Source of the DNA: Raja brachyura
Taxonomy: Eukaryota
Direction: 5' to 3'
NCBI GenBank assembly: GCA_963514005.1
Contig: OY740797.1
Span: 22,196,001 to 22,260,000, forward strand
Length of the DNA: 64,000 bases
Made by a program: the position numbers and the translations under genes. The number at the start of each line of letters is the position of its first letter. Positions within the stretch are counted from its first letter, which is position 1. The notes beneath the pieces are model-generated. The model saw only the letters and a program-made list of their open reading frames with translations. It ran no database searches and was not told the origin of the DNA. Positions 13,442-24,560 of this stretch are shown here, in pieces.

Positions 13442-13762
13442 GTCCCTGTCCCACTGTGCGAGGTAATTCATGAGTTCTCCTGCGTTTACCCCTGATTCGA
13501 ACTCGGAGAATATCCGTAGGAGTTCGTGGATGTCTCGTAGCGGCTCGTAATGCTAACAGTAGGTACTTGGGAAATCCGGTAAACTCGTGACGCATTTTCA
13601 TCCCTGTAAAAAATGTCCACGTGTAAAAAAATACTGTGGTGAAAATAATGGTTACTTTTTACTCGTACGAGCTGCTATGAACTCCTAAGGACATTCTCCG
13701 AGTTCGAATCAGGGGGAAACTCGGGAGAACTCGTGAATTACCTCATACAGTGCGACAGGACC
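13442..13762. mobile_element. MITE with ~85-bp terminal inverted repeats, same terminal motif (CCTGTCCCACT)
   Basis: GTCCCTGTCCCACTGTGCGAGGTAATTCATGAGTTCTCC..CCCTGATTCGAACTCGGAGAAT is mirrored at 13693-13762; preceded by TTAA. Confidence 0.85.
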
Positions 13763-15086
13763 TGTAGCTTGCTGGTCGCTCTTCTCACACGATCACAGCC
13801 TCTTGCTTTGTAGCCCATGGGGCAATGCCACAATACAGAGTTGCTGCAGAGAGAAAGACCATGTCTAAGCCATTAAGCTATGTTTAGGCCTCTGACCCTC
13901 TTTTCCATAGGGTTTTAATACAGGGTCTTCACCCAAAATATCAACTATCCAGAAGACAGGCACAAAATGCTGGAGTAACTCAGCGGGTCAGCATCTCTGG
14001 AGAAAAGGAAGAGGTGATGTTTCAGATCGAGACCCTTCTTCTGCAATCTGACCCACTTTTTCTTCCAGCAGTATTTTGCTCCAGATTCAAGCATCTAATG
14101 CCTCTCTAAAGATGACGTCTCTCCATTGACACCATCAGTACTAATCCCAATTACCAGTAGATAGATGGTCCATATCCTTCTGTACCTTGCCAATTCAAAT
14201 CCTCCACCACCATCTCAGTAGTATGTTCCCGATTTTAAAAGCCCTCAATCAACTACACTATGCTCCATGCTGCGAATCCCTTTGGCAATTTTGTGTGCAG
14301 AGTCTGGTACCTTCCCACCCTGTAGGTCACCTGTGCTTACTCATATGTCAAAGGATGGTCCTTGGGGTGGCTGGTGTAACAGAGGAATGCAACAGCAAAT
14401 AGTGAATGTTGTCAAGAGCAAATAATTGGAGAGAAAAATAAAAGTGTTCCGATTTAATCAGCGCACCATGGAGAGAAGTGATGTGTTGATTATCTGTATA
14501 ATCCAGTCAAGACAGTTAATAGATCCCCCATGTACCATAACCTATTTTTCACCCAACTCTAAACTGCTGTGCTGCTTCTTGATAAAGACTCATCTTTTAA
14601 AGCTATAATGTGCAATTCATGTTACAGCTTTTGCTCTCCATGCTTGAACATCATTAACCTGTCAGCTCAATATACTTAGATAGGTTTTATTCAGTTTCAG
14701 ATGAACCGAAGCAGATATTTCTTCTCCTCGGATACCATCTGTAAAGATCAATGTTCGTTAAGAAGTAAATACGTTTGGGCCAAGTCCAAGTTCCGAACTA
14801 GTCCCACATGTTGAGGCAGTTGACTAATGTTAGCCCACCAATAAACCTATTAATAATATCATTATATTCTAAAGATGATGGTTAGGCAAGAAGGGGGGGC
14901 AGAACTGGGCACCACTACTGGTGTTAGATTCACCCGTGACTGGTTCTGCTGGAAGCTTACGGCCAAAGACTGCAGACTGTGGAGAATGTCAAGTAGCTGT
15001 TTGTGCCTCCCACACACGGCACCTTGGTTGGTCAGAGTAGCATGGGGGCGGTGAATCTGCTGGGTCCAGGTTTGGCTCAGTCTTGC

Positions 15087-15380
15087 TGTAACAATATCAA
15101 GTGATGAGTAGACCCAAGTGCAGAGAAGACACAGGAGCCAAGAGTACTAAAAGAAGGCTTTTTACTAGAATCCCAATAACAAGGGTACAAGGCTCAACAT
15201 GGGGGGGGAAAAAATCCAAGAATGAGCAAAGACAAACATCAGCACTTAAATAAGGAACTCAATAGGTAACTCTAATGATAATGACACACATGTGAAAATA
15301 CTTAAACATAATTGAACGCAAGACAACACAGTCTATGCCACGCTCAGTGGTCAGCAGAGGGATCAGCAGGCAGCGTGACA
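15087..15380 (-). mobile_element. Candidate solo LTR (Gypsy-like)
   Basis: Termini TGTAAC...GTGACA (TG..CA with a short inverted repeat). The minus strand has TATTTAA followed by AGTAAA in the expected order. TSD only partial (CTTGC/CTTAA). Confidence 0.55.
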
Positions 15381-15521
15381 CTTAATCATGGTCTGATTTC
15401 ACACATATTTCAGAAAGAAACAAATGATGGCTTTGTTTCTCTAAATGTTAAGAATGCCATGTAAATTGAGAATATCCACATGAATATACAAATTAGGACC
15501 AGAAATAGAACATTAGACCTC

Positions 15522-15726
15522 TCGAAGGTAGACACAAAATGCCGGAGTAACTCAGTGGGACAGGCAGCATCTCTGGAGAGAAGAAGGGTCTCAGACTGAA
15601 GAAGAGTCTCGCCCAGAAATGTCACTCATTCCTTCTCTCCAGAGATGCTGCCAGTCCCGCTGAGTTACTCCAGCATTTTGTGTCTGTCTTCGATATAAAC
15701 CAGCATCTGCAGTTCTTTCTTACACA
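15522..15726. mobile_element. Head-to-head inverted pair of Penelope terminal repeats
   Basis: gacacaaaatgccggagtaactcagtgggacaggcagcatctctggagagaag is mirrored by cttctctccagagatgctgccagtcccgctgagttactccagcattttgtgtc; degenerate hammerhead at ~15596-15623. Confidence 0.8.
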
Positions 15727-16709
15727 TTGGACTGTGTGTTTTGTTATTTTATTCTATGTTATGACTGCAAGGTTCACAATTTCGTTCAGACTGAAATGTC
15801 TGAATAAAGGATACTTTCATACTTTCATTTTGGAAATTCAGACAGAATGTGCTGGAAGTCTGAGTTACAGTAAAGTTGCAATAATCTGGCATCGATTGTT
15901 CAGAAATCTCAACAGTGCCACATCTGGTTCACACATTAGTCTGCAGTGTGAGCCGGGTGTGGTCAGACCCGGCACCGGGATCTGCAGCCGAGGACAGGGC
16001 TGGGAAACACAGGGCTTGTGGCCAGTAGTGAGTTGAAATACATTGGGTTATATTTCCTGCTCCCTTTAAACTCACCAAATACACTGGTAAACATATTTTG
16101 CTACTGTATAACAGGTTAAACAATGGTGAAATTAAAGTGTGCAGAAGTAATGTTCTATAGTTGAGGAAATCTGTCATCCAGCAGCACCAAAATCTAAAGG
16201 GTGCCAGCTTACCAGAGTGTTACTGTGTCCAGAAGGGGTGATTCTGGGGTTACAAGCTTCAATTGCCTTAATTTATTACGGTACATTCAGATACATTTAA
16301 TAATATAATAATAATATATTTTATTGTCATTGCACATATATGCAACGAGATTTGGTATGCAGCTTCCATCCAATGTCATAACTTAAACAACTAATAACAT
16401 TTAGATATAGATAAAATGGAGGTAGCTAAATATTTGAAAGATTGAGGACAAGGGGGAACTGGCACAGAGAGTTGAATCCAGCATTTGAACATATTAAATG
16501 ACAGGACAGGCATGAGGGGCCGAGTGGACTACCCTGCTCTCACCTTTTTGTGTTTTCGTATATCATGATGTGAGCTGTGACCAACTCACCTTTACAGGCC
16601 ATGGACTGACAACTAATGTTTTTGCTCTAGATCAGTGAGAGCCGAGCCTCTTGTTATTGCTCCGCTCGCATTCTGGTGCCTTTGACTCAACTCTGCTTTC
16701 CTTTCACAG

Positions 16710-16870
16710 GATGTACGACTACCACAGAGTACCCCCACCAAGCCGGGTGGTGCCAACTATCAAACGCCAACGCATCATGGTCCCTATCCCCCGCAGAAGC
16801 AAAAGTAGCTTTCCCGTCAAGAGTGGCCTACGGACGACCGCGGCTCCAGCCCCAACATCTGGGACAAAAT
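16710..16870 (+). CDS. Internal coding exon of an hnRNP C/RALY/RALYL-family (Raly-like) RNA-binding protein: post-RRM Pro-rich and basic/NLS-like region
   Basis: Pyrimidine tract and acceptor tttcacag|G at 16708-9; donor AAAT|gtgagg at 16871. Encodes (R)MYDYHRVPPPSRVVPTIKRQRIMVPIPRRSKSSFPVKSGLRTTAAPAPTSGTK, resembling hnRNP C RMYSYPARVPPPP..PSKRQRV..RRGKSGF and RALYL RLFDYHGRVPPPPR. Starts phase 2, ends phase 1, matching the next exon. Confidence 0.9.
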
Positions 16871-17709
16871 GTGAGGGAATCTGTTTGAACTCTTCCTGTG
16901 TAGACTCACTTGTTAGGTTGACACGGTGCAAGGGTTTGTTCGATACTCACAAATACAGCCAGTTGGACAGCACTGCGGAGACGGAGAGTATAGATCCTTC
17001 TCTCCTGCCAGAAGGAGAAAAGGAAAGGGGGAAGGTGAATGAAGTTGAGGTTGGTGAACCTGAACTGGTGAAAGGAAAAAGCAGAATGTGGAAGTAGAAT
17101 CAGAGTCATACACACTGAAATAGACCTTTCGGCTCACTAATCTATGCCAGCCATTTGCCTGCAGTAGGACCATACCCTTCAGTGCCTTGCCGATTTAAAT
17201 GCCTGGCTTAATGGCTCTTAAACATATTTACTGTATTTAATTCCTCCACCTCTGGTATCACATTCAAGATATCATCCGTTCTCAGTGTAATAAAGTCATC
17301 ATAAGCATATTAGGTGCAGGAGCAGGCCATTCGGCCCTTCGAGCCTGCACCGCCATTCAATATGATCATGGCTGATCAGTATGGCTAAAGTATTATCATC
17401 ATCATAATAATAAAAACGTACACCTCAGGTCCCCTTTAAAACTCCTTCCTCTTATTAAACATATACCCTCTTGCTAATGACCATGGGCAAGATTTTGAAT
17501 TTCTACCCTACCTCTCATAATCTTATATACATATCAGGTCACCCCACGGCCTCTTTCACTCCAGAGTAAATAAGCCCAGCCTATCCAAACTCTCTGTCTA
17601 TAACCAAGGTCCTCCAATGCAGGCGACATCCTGCTACACCTCCCCTGCATTCCCCACAGTGCAGTTACAGAGTTGGTATTACTGAAGATCGGAGAGTCCA
17701 GTCTATGTA

Positions 17710-18960
17710 GGCCATAGTTCTTGGAGAACAGCTCTGGTCACTTTGTGCACGAGCACTGTGGGAGGTTGAGCAACATTTTCAGATAGTTAGCTGGCTCTAG
17801 TTGGATGATTGCTTAATTCTTATTATTTTGAGGATAAATTTAGTTTTATATTAACCAGATCTGTTTGTTGGTTTGTCTAGATCACGTTGCTTGGTTGAGA
17901 AACTCAGTCATTTTGTTAGCTTAGTGAACAAACTTTGTTTGTTTATCTACTTTTCAAGAGAGAGTTAGATGTAGCTCTTAGGGCTGAGGGAATCAAGGGA
18001 TATGGGGAAAAGCCAGAATGGAGTACTGATTTTGGATGATCAGCCATGATCATATTGAATGGCGGTGCTAGCTCCAGGGCCAAATGGCCTACTCCTGCAC
18101 CTATTTTCTATGGTTCGATGTTTACTTCCTGTCAATTGGTTCATTAGATCTTGCCTTTGGTTGACTAGTGGCTGTCATTTGACTCACTCAAGCAGGTTTG
18201 TCTAGCTCCTGCCCATTGGTTAATGTAGCTCCATCAGGTTGATTTACCAGCTACTGCTGGATCGTCGCCTAGTCCTGTTGGTTAGTTTCTTTAATTCCAG
18301 TCAGCTGGTTTGCATGACTGTTTGCAGTTCATTGAATTAACCTGTCAGTTGGTTAATCTACCTCTTATTCGTCTCTTTGATTGGGTGGCTTAAAAAGATC
18401 CCTGTTGATTGATTGCTGAGCTCCTGTTAGTTAGTTAATGAGCTCATGTCAGTTGGTTTGGCAAAGATAGCCACAAAAGGCTGGAGTAACTCAGCGGGAC
18501 AGGCAGCATTTCTGGAGAGAAGGAATGGGTGACGTTTTGGGTCGAGACCTTCTCGCCAGAGATGCTGCCTGTCGTGCTGAGTTACTCCAGCATTTTGTGC
18601 CCATCTTCGGTGTAAACCAGCATCTGCAGTTCCTTCCTGCACAGTTGGTTCAGCAAGCTCCAATGAATCAGTTGATGAGCTTGTGTTGGTTTGTGTGTTT
18701 CAATTGGGTAGTTTATTAAATCCCCTCAGTTGTTAGACAAGCTCCTGGTGGTCAGTTGCAGGAGCTCCTCTTAGTTGGTGGTAAGCGCCTAGTGGTTCGT
18801 TGATGAGCTTCTCTTCTCTGGTTACTGAACTCCTTGTCAGTTGATTTGCTATCTTTTTTGGATGGTGGATTAGCTCTGGTCATTTGTTTGATTGGCCCTG
18901 GTAAGCAGGTTTGATCAGCTTCTGTCAACTGGTAAATGGGCTCCTATTCTGGTCCCTGGT
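17710..18960. repeat. Decayed ~22-nt tandem array (approx. GAGCTCCTGTCAGTTGGTTAAT) interrupted by a CR1 tail (~17950-18120) and a Penelope palindrome (~18464-18643)
   Basis: Recurrent agctc..gt(c/t)agttggtt units, e.g. 18418-18460, 18655-18695, 18738-18845. Confidence 0.6.
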
Positions 18961-20464
18961 TTAATCACTGTGTGATTGCCCGGCTTTGGGAACTGGCTGC
19001 TGCTGGATGGCTGTTCCTCGAGCAATCATTTAAATAAAACTGCAGATACTAGAAATTACAAGAGAGAGGTAGATAGGGCTCTTAAAAAAAATAGCAGAGT
19101 CAGGGGATATGGGGAGAAGGCAGGAGCGGGGTACTGATTGTGGATGATCAGCCATGATCACATTGAATGGCGGTTCTGGCTCGAAGGGCCAAATGACCTA
19201 CTCCTGCACCTATTGTCTATTGTTTAAATCTGAAATAGAAACCGTGTAAAGTGAAGTCCCCATACCATACTGGGCACTTTCAGCAGCTTGGGACACATTT
19301 GTTGGAAGGGAAAGAGAGTTAAACTCTCAAGTCTGTGAACCTTCGTCAGAACTGGGAAAGAGAGACGTTCATGTTAAAATATTTTCAAATGTTTTTACAA
19401 CAAGACCTTTTCTCATATAAGACTATCTAAAACTGGGATCACTGTCTAACAAATTATAGGTCACCTGTTTAAGTCAGAAACAAGGTGACTTTTTCACCCA
19501 GATGATGACACTTCTAAGGGCAGTGGAAGCAGAGTCATTAAATATGTTTTGGTTAGATTAGATTAGATTTTATTACTTGTCATTCAAACCTCAGAGAGGC
19601 TCAAACGAAACTCCGTTTACACAGCCATACAAACATAACAATTCCTACACGACACACAAACAATTCAATTTACAGAAAACATTGGTCAACTATGGTCGGA
19701 GGGTTGGGTGATGTAAGGTTGGGTGTATCGTATAATCAATGATGGATTCTGATCAGCAGTGAGAGGTCATGTCAGCTGGCAACCCTATGCTCTTCCCCCA
19801 TTTATCAGAAGGTCTTCTCTCCCTGCTGTGGCTTTCCCTCACTGGGAGCTACAAGGTTTCTTTTCTCCACCAAATGGCGCCCACAAGGCATCAGATTGAG
19901 ACTTAGTTTGTGAACAAACTCTTACATTGGCCAATGTGGTCGGTGTGATTTAATGTGGGGAGGTACAAGAACGCAAGAAAATGGGTGCATGAGCAAGCCT
20001 AAGCCTGCCCCACTGTTCAATATGATCATGGCTGACCTAACCCAGGCCTCAACTCATCCTCCCCAGCGGTTCCCCATAGTCCTTAAACCCTTATCTTTTA
20101 AACTTTTATATCGTCCTCCACCTTAAGTACTTCCAATGATCCAGCCTCACAACTCGCTGGGAAAATAATTCCACAGATAGCAAAGACATTTTGACACGCC
20201 TCTATTTGAAATGGCCAGTGCCCTTGTAACTGCATCCCCTCATTCATGACTCTCTCACTGATGGAAACATATCAGCATCTATCCTGCCATGTTCCTTCCG
20301 GATCTTGTATGTTTCAGTAAAATCATCCCATTCTTTTCAACTCGTAAGTGTCCCAGCCTACGAGTGAGCCACCCAGTCCCTGGGAGAGGAATTAATTCAG
20401 AGCCCTTGTTAAACTTAACATGTCATTTGATAATCCAATGCTAAAGTACCCAAAACCATTTACA

Positions 20465-21720
20465 AGAGTCAAAAATGTTTTATTGTCATATGTTCCGAAA
20501 CGGAACAATGAAATTCTTACTTGCAGCAGCACAGCAAGTTTGCAAACGATTGGCAGCCCCGCCAACAGTCCGTCTTTTTTGTGTTTTTTATTTTTAATGT
20601 GTGTTAAAAGTTTGTGTAAATGTTCTCCGGTTTGTTTTATGTAGGGAGAGGGAGTGGGGGTGGGGTGTGTGGGGGAAACTTTTTTTCAGTTTCTTACCTT
20701 GCCAGAGATGCGATTACTTCCTGGATCGCATCTCCGGTCGCTCTGCGGCCTACCATCAATGGAGCTTGAGGCCTCCTCGGACTGACCTTGATCCCTATCC
20801 CAGGGCGTAGACTTAACATTGGAGCCGATCCCTTGCCTGGGATCGCTCCAACTGTGGCCTGCGGACTTTACCAACGTGAGCTCGCAATCTCGGGAGCGAC
20901 CGTGGATGGCGGGAGCTCCAACGGCCCTGACCCAAGGTCCAATCGCTGGCTCGGGGGAGCTGACATCCCCCCCCCGATGCAGGAGCGGATCGCCCCAATT
21001 CGGAGGGCCCGACCACCGGCTACAGAGTCAAGATCGTCCCGTCAACAGAGGACTCTAGGCCCCCGACCACAGGAGAACAATGAAGGGAATAGATTTGAAC
21101 TTTTTTTCGCCTTTCGTCACAGTGAGAAATGTGGAGGATTCAATGTGGTGGATGTTTATGTCAAAATGTGTTTTGTGTGTTCCGTTGCATGTTATTTATT
21201 TATATGACTGACTTGGCAAATGAAATTCCTCGTATGTTGCAAAACATACTTGGCTAATAAGGTATTATTGTGATTGTAATTTAATAAACAAGCAAATAAA
21301 AAAGTTTAATAAATAAAAAAGAACAATATCGTGCAAAAACAGAACAAAGCCCAATGTCCTTAGTGCAACCAAGGCAGTTCATAGTTCGGAGTTTAATTGG
21401 AGTTCATAGGAGTTTAATAACCTGATGGTCGTTGGGAAGAAACTGTTCCTGAGCCTGGCTGTTACAGTTTTCAGACTCTTATACCTTCTTCCTGGTGGCA
21501 TGAGTGAAATAAGAGTGTGGCCAGGGCGGTGTGGGTTGTAGATGACATTGGCTGCTTTTTTGAGACAGCGCCCCTGAAAGATCCATGCAATGGTGGGGAG
21601 GTCAGTACCTATGATGGACCAGGTAATCTCCTTCATTCCTGGGCATTTGAGTTGCTGAACCAGGCAGAGATGCAACATCATAACTGCCTTCTTCCTTCCC
21701 CGTTGATTCAGTAACACAAT
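20465..21720 (-). mobile_element. Rex1/Babar-like LINE 3' fragment split by an inserted element
   Basis: Minus ORF 21379-21717 contains LPTIAWIFQGRCLKKAANVIYNPHRPGHTLISLMPPGRRYKSLKTVTARLRNSFFPTTIRLLN; the 3' tail is at ~20465-20547. Confidence 0.8.
20551..21278 (+). mobile_element. CpG-rich non-autonomous element with a LINE-type 3' hairpin and tail
   Basis: Sharply GC/CpG-rich body nested in the Rex1 fragment. The 3' end is aatgaaattcctc-GTATGTT-gcaa-AACATAC-ttggctaataa followed by gattgt-type repeats. Confidence 0.6.
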
Positions 21721-23043
21721 GCTGAAACTGTGGCACTTCAGATTTACTCAGGCTGCATAATTGAAATGGGAATTTAAGAGGCTTAATTAGAAGCTCCTGT
21801 GCACTTGCAGAGAAAGCAGATGGTGCGTTCATTAAATGTTCGCTTTCATGCATGTGTTTTTTTTTGGAGAAATCTATTATGAAATGCAATTATACAAAAT
21901 TAATAGCGCATAGCAAAATAAGGAAAAGTCAGCTATTTTTTATTTAGCTGCTTTAAAGTAAACTAATGTTTAACACTTTAAGCGCAGTGGTGTTTGAAGT
22001 AAAGGAGAGAATGAGTACTTAAACCAAGGTGAAGTCTACAGTCGGAAGTGGAAGTTGACAATATGTCGCCTGTGCTTGAATTGTAACGGGGAACTGAGCC
22101 ATCCTCATAGGGCAAGTTATCAGGGTACCACTTACTTTTCCTAGTTGCTGCAGAAGCTTTGTCTCAGCAACACCCGTGAAGATCTGAAACTGGAGCGACC
22201 TCGAGAAGAGTTTTTATTTTCTAATTTTCTCATCTCTTTTCTCATCTCTTCTAATTTGATACAGCCTAAAGGAAATTTTTTAAGACAAATGAAAAGAATG
22301 TATTGGTATAAAGCCTTCGATACTTGTTCTTCCAGGTGTGTCTGGAGCGTTGTCTTAATTCCTGGAGATTGGCATCTCCACAAGCTGGCTAGGTAAAGGC
22401 CACACTGTGAGATTCCACAAACCTGGCCCTCTCTAGCCCCCCCCCCCCCCCCCACCCTGCTCCCCGTCCCCGATATCTCCCAGATGAGGAGAGACTTTGA
22501 GACCCTCTTGCCTGGACTTCCTGATCTAGGGAGAATCCGATTGGATTATGCCCTTCCAACTCAGCCCCTGACGATGCTCCAAGCCTGGAGAAAGGTTTCG
22601 GCCCGAAACGTTGCCTATCTCCTTCGCTCCATAGATGCTGCTGCACCCATTGAGTTTCTCCAGCATTTAGTGTACCCTCGATGCTCCAAGCCTGTTGGAC
22701 GTAAGTGGCTGGCGTACGCTTCCGCTAGACCTGACTACCCTGGGCAGCAGGCAGTAGGCATTGCTCCTGGCGCTGACTGGCAAGAGGTGGATGGTGATAC
22801 CAGCTCCGAAGCAATAAGGATACATTTGTTTTGCTCCCTTTACTGGGTTGAATCTGCCACTTTTGCAGTGAAGTGTCTCACTTTGTCCTCATCGATCACT
22901 TTGCCCCAGGCAAAGCTCTGCTTTGAGTTTGATTTCTCATCCTTCAATGGCATTCCCAGTGCTGGGCATCACCAGCACACTATGATATTCTATGGGTAGA
23001 ACTGCACTGGACATTGATTGAATATAATGTGAGTAAATGCTTC

Positions 23044-23293
23044 TGTCACAACTCCACTGAATAACACAAGTAAACACCACGTATCCAAGTGTAGTTTCTC
23101 ACTCAGGCACTCAGTAACGAGACTCACAACTCCTGACTCTTTAAAGCCTTTCCATCCCCTGGAAAGTATACTTCGGGTGCATTCCCTCCAACTGCCTGCA
23201 GCACTCGGGGAAGCTCAGCACCATCTCTTATAAAGACGTCCTCTTTTGATGGACTACCCATCACCACTGCCGCCCACTAACAGCGCATCCACA
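23044..23293. mobile_element. Candidate solo LTR
   Basis: TGTCAC...TCCACA termini flanked by a near-perfect 5-bp TSD, GCTTC/GTTTC. Confidence 0.45.
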
Positions 23294-23439
23294 GTTTCAG
23301 GACCGATCACCCGCAAGGTGCACTGCATCAGCTCATGTTCTTCTTCTCAGATGGTCCCATGGGAGTGAGGGTGATTTGCTTCCACCCTGGCTCTGTGGCT
23401 TCTGAGGTATGTTATAAGGCCAATGTGTGACCCGCAATT

Positions 23440-23862
23440 TGAGAGTAACATATGATGAGCATTTGACGGCACTTGGGCCTGTACCCACTGGAGTTTGGAA
23501 GAATGAGGGGCGACCTCATTGAAATGTGCAGAATGATGAAATGCTTGATTAGAGTGGTTGTGGAGAGGATGTTTTCACTAGTGGGAGAGTCTAGGACTAG
23601 AGATCGTAGCCTCAAAATTAAAGGACGTATTTTCAGGAACGAGATGAGGTGGAATTTCTTTAGACAGGGTGGTGAATCTGTGGAATTCTTTGCCAAGTCA
23701 GTGGATATATTTAAGGTAGACATTGATTAGTACGGGTATCAGAGGTTATGGGGAGGAGGCAGGAAATTGGATTAGGAGGGAAAGATAGATCAGCCATGAA
23801 TGAATGTGGGAGTAGACGATGGGCCGAATGGCCTAATTCTGCTCCTATCACTTATGATCCTA
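23440..23862 (+). mobile_element. CR1-clade LINE 3' fragment
   Basis: LGLYPLEFGRMRGDLIE..GESRTRDRSLKI plus a CR1-type tail. Confidence 0.8.
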
Positions 23863-24339
23863 TGCCCTCAGGGGCCTCTGTGTTCCCACTGATGGCCCAG
23901 AGGATCTTAACACCACCCCAAACTCTGCTTGAGTATCCATCGGTCACACTTCTCAGGAGTCTGTGGAGATGAGTTACAGAATCTTACAACATAGAAGTAT
24001 GCCCTTAGGCCCAACTTGTCCATGCCGAGCACAGAAAAGCTGGTCCTGTTAGCATTTGACCCATGTTGCATTTTTTGAGAACAGCCTTGAATCTTTTCCC
24101 CTCTCCACTTGCCAATCTCTTCTCAAGACAGAGCTCAATGTCCCTGCTTTTGGAGTCTATTGTGACTTGTGAACAATGTGCAACTGTGTGCAATTAGAGC
24201 TTCAATATTGGATATTGATCTGGGATATGACTTGGATGTCAGTTCTCATCCCGCGAGTAGATTTAAAGGATTTTGCAGAGGTAGCATTGCTAACCTCTGT
24301 TGCAATAAGGACAAGGGTTAAAGATGCATGGGAACTTGG

Positions 24340-24560
24340 TCACCGCCACTTCTTGTTCCGGAGACAGAGGAGATTTGGTATGTCAAAGAATACAAACTCA
24401 TACAGGTACACAGTGGGAAGCATATTGACTGCTTGCATCACTGGCCTGGTTTGGGAATTCAAATGCCCAGGAATGAAGAAGATTGCAAAAAGTGTTGAAC
24501 GCTTCCCAGTCCATCACGTGTACTGATCTCCCCACCATCGAAGGGATTAACTGGTGTCAA
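24340..24560 (+). mobile_element. Rex1/Babar-like LINE fragment
   Basis: HFLFRRQRRFGMSK..YRYTVGSILTACIT motif. Confidence 0.7.

Noticed and set aside
13378-13822. Imperfect ~30-bp direct repeat (tcacagc..tgctttgtagc.catgg) around the second MITE as a TSD
   Set aside because: Not adjacent to the TIRs and too long and diverged; more likely an older local duplication.
1-16709. Upstream RRM and Tyr/Asp-rich (DYDYYRDDF-type) exons of the Raly-like gene
   Set aside because: Searched by eye and not found; they probably lie before the window, though a micro-exon could have been missed.
16651-17097. 148-aa ORF as a single-exon gene
   Set aside because: Only 16710-16870 is family-like and bounded by splice sites; the rest is intron read-through.
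20788-21207. 139-aa GC-rich ORF
   Set aside because: Lies inside a repeat element; no recognisable domain; open frames are expected at this GC content.
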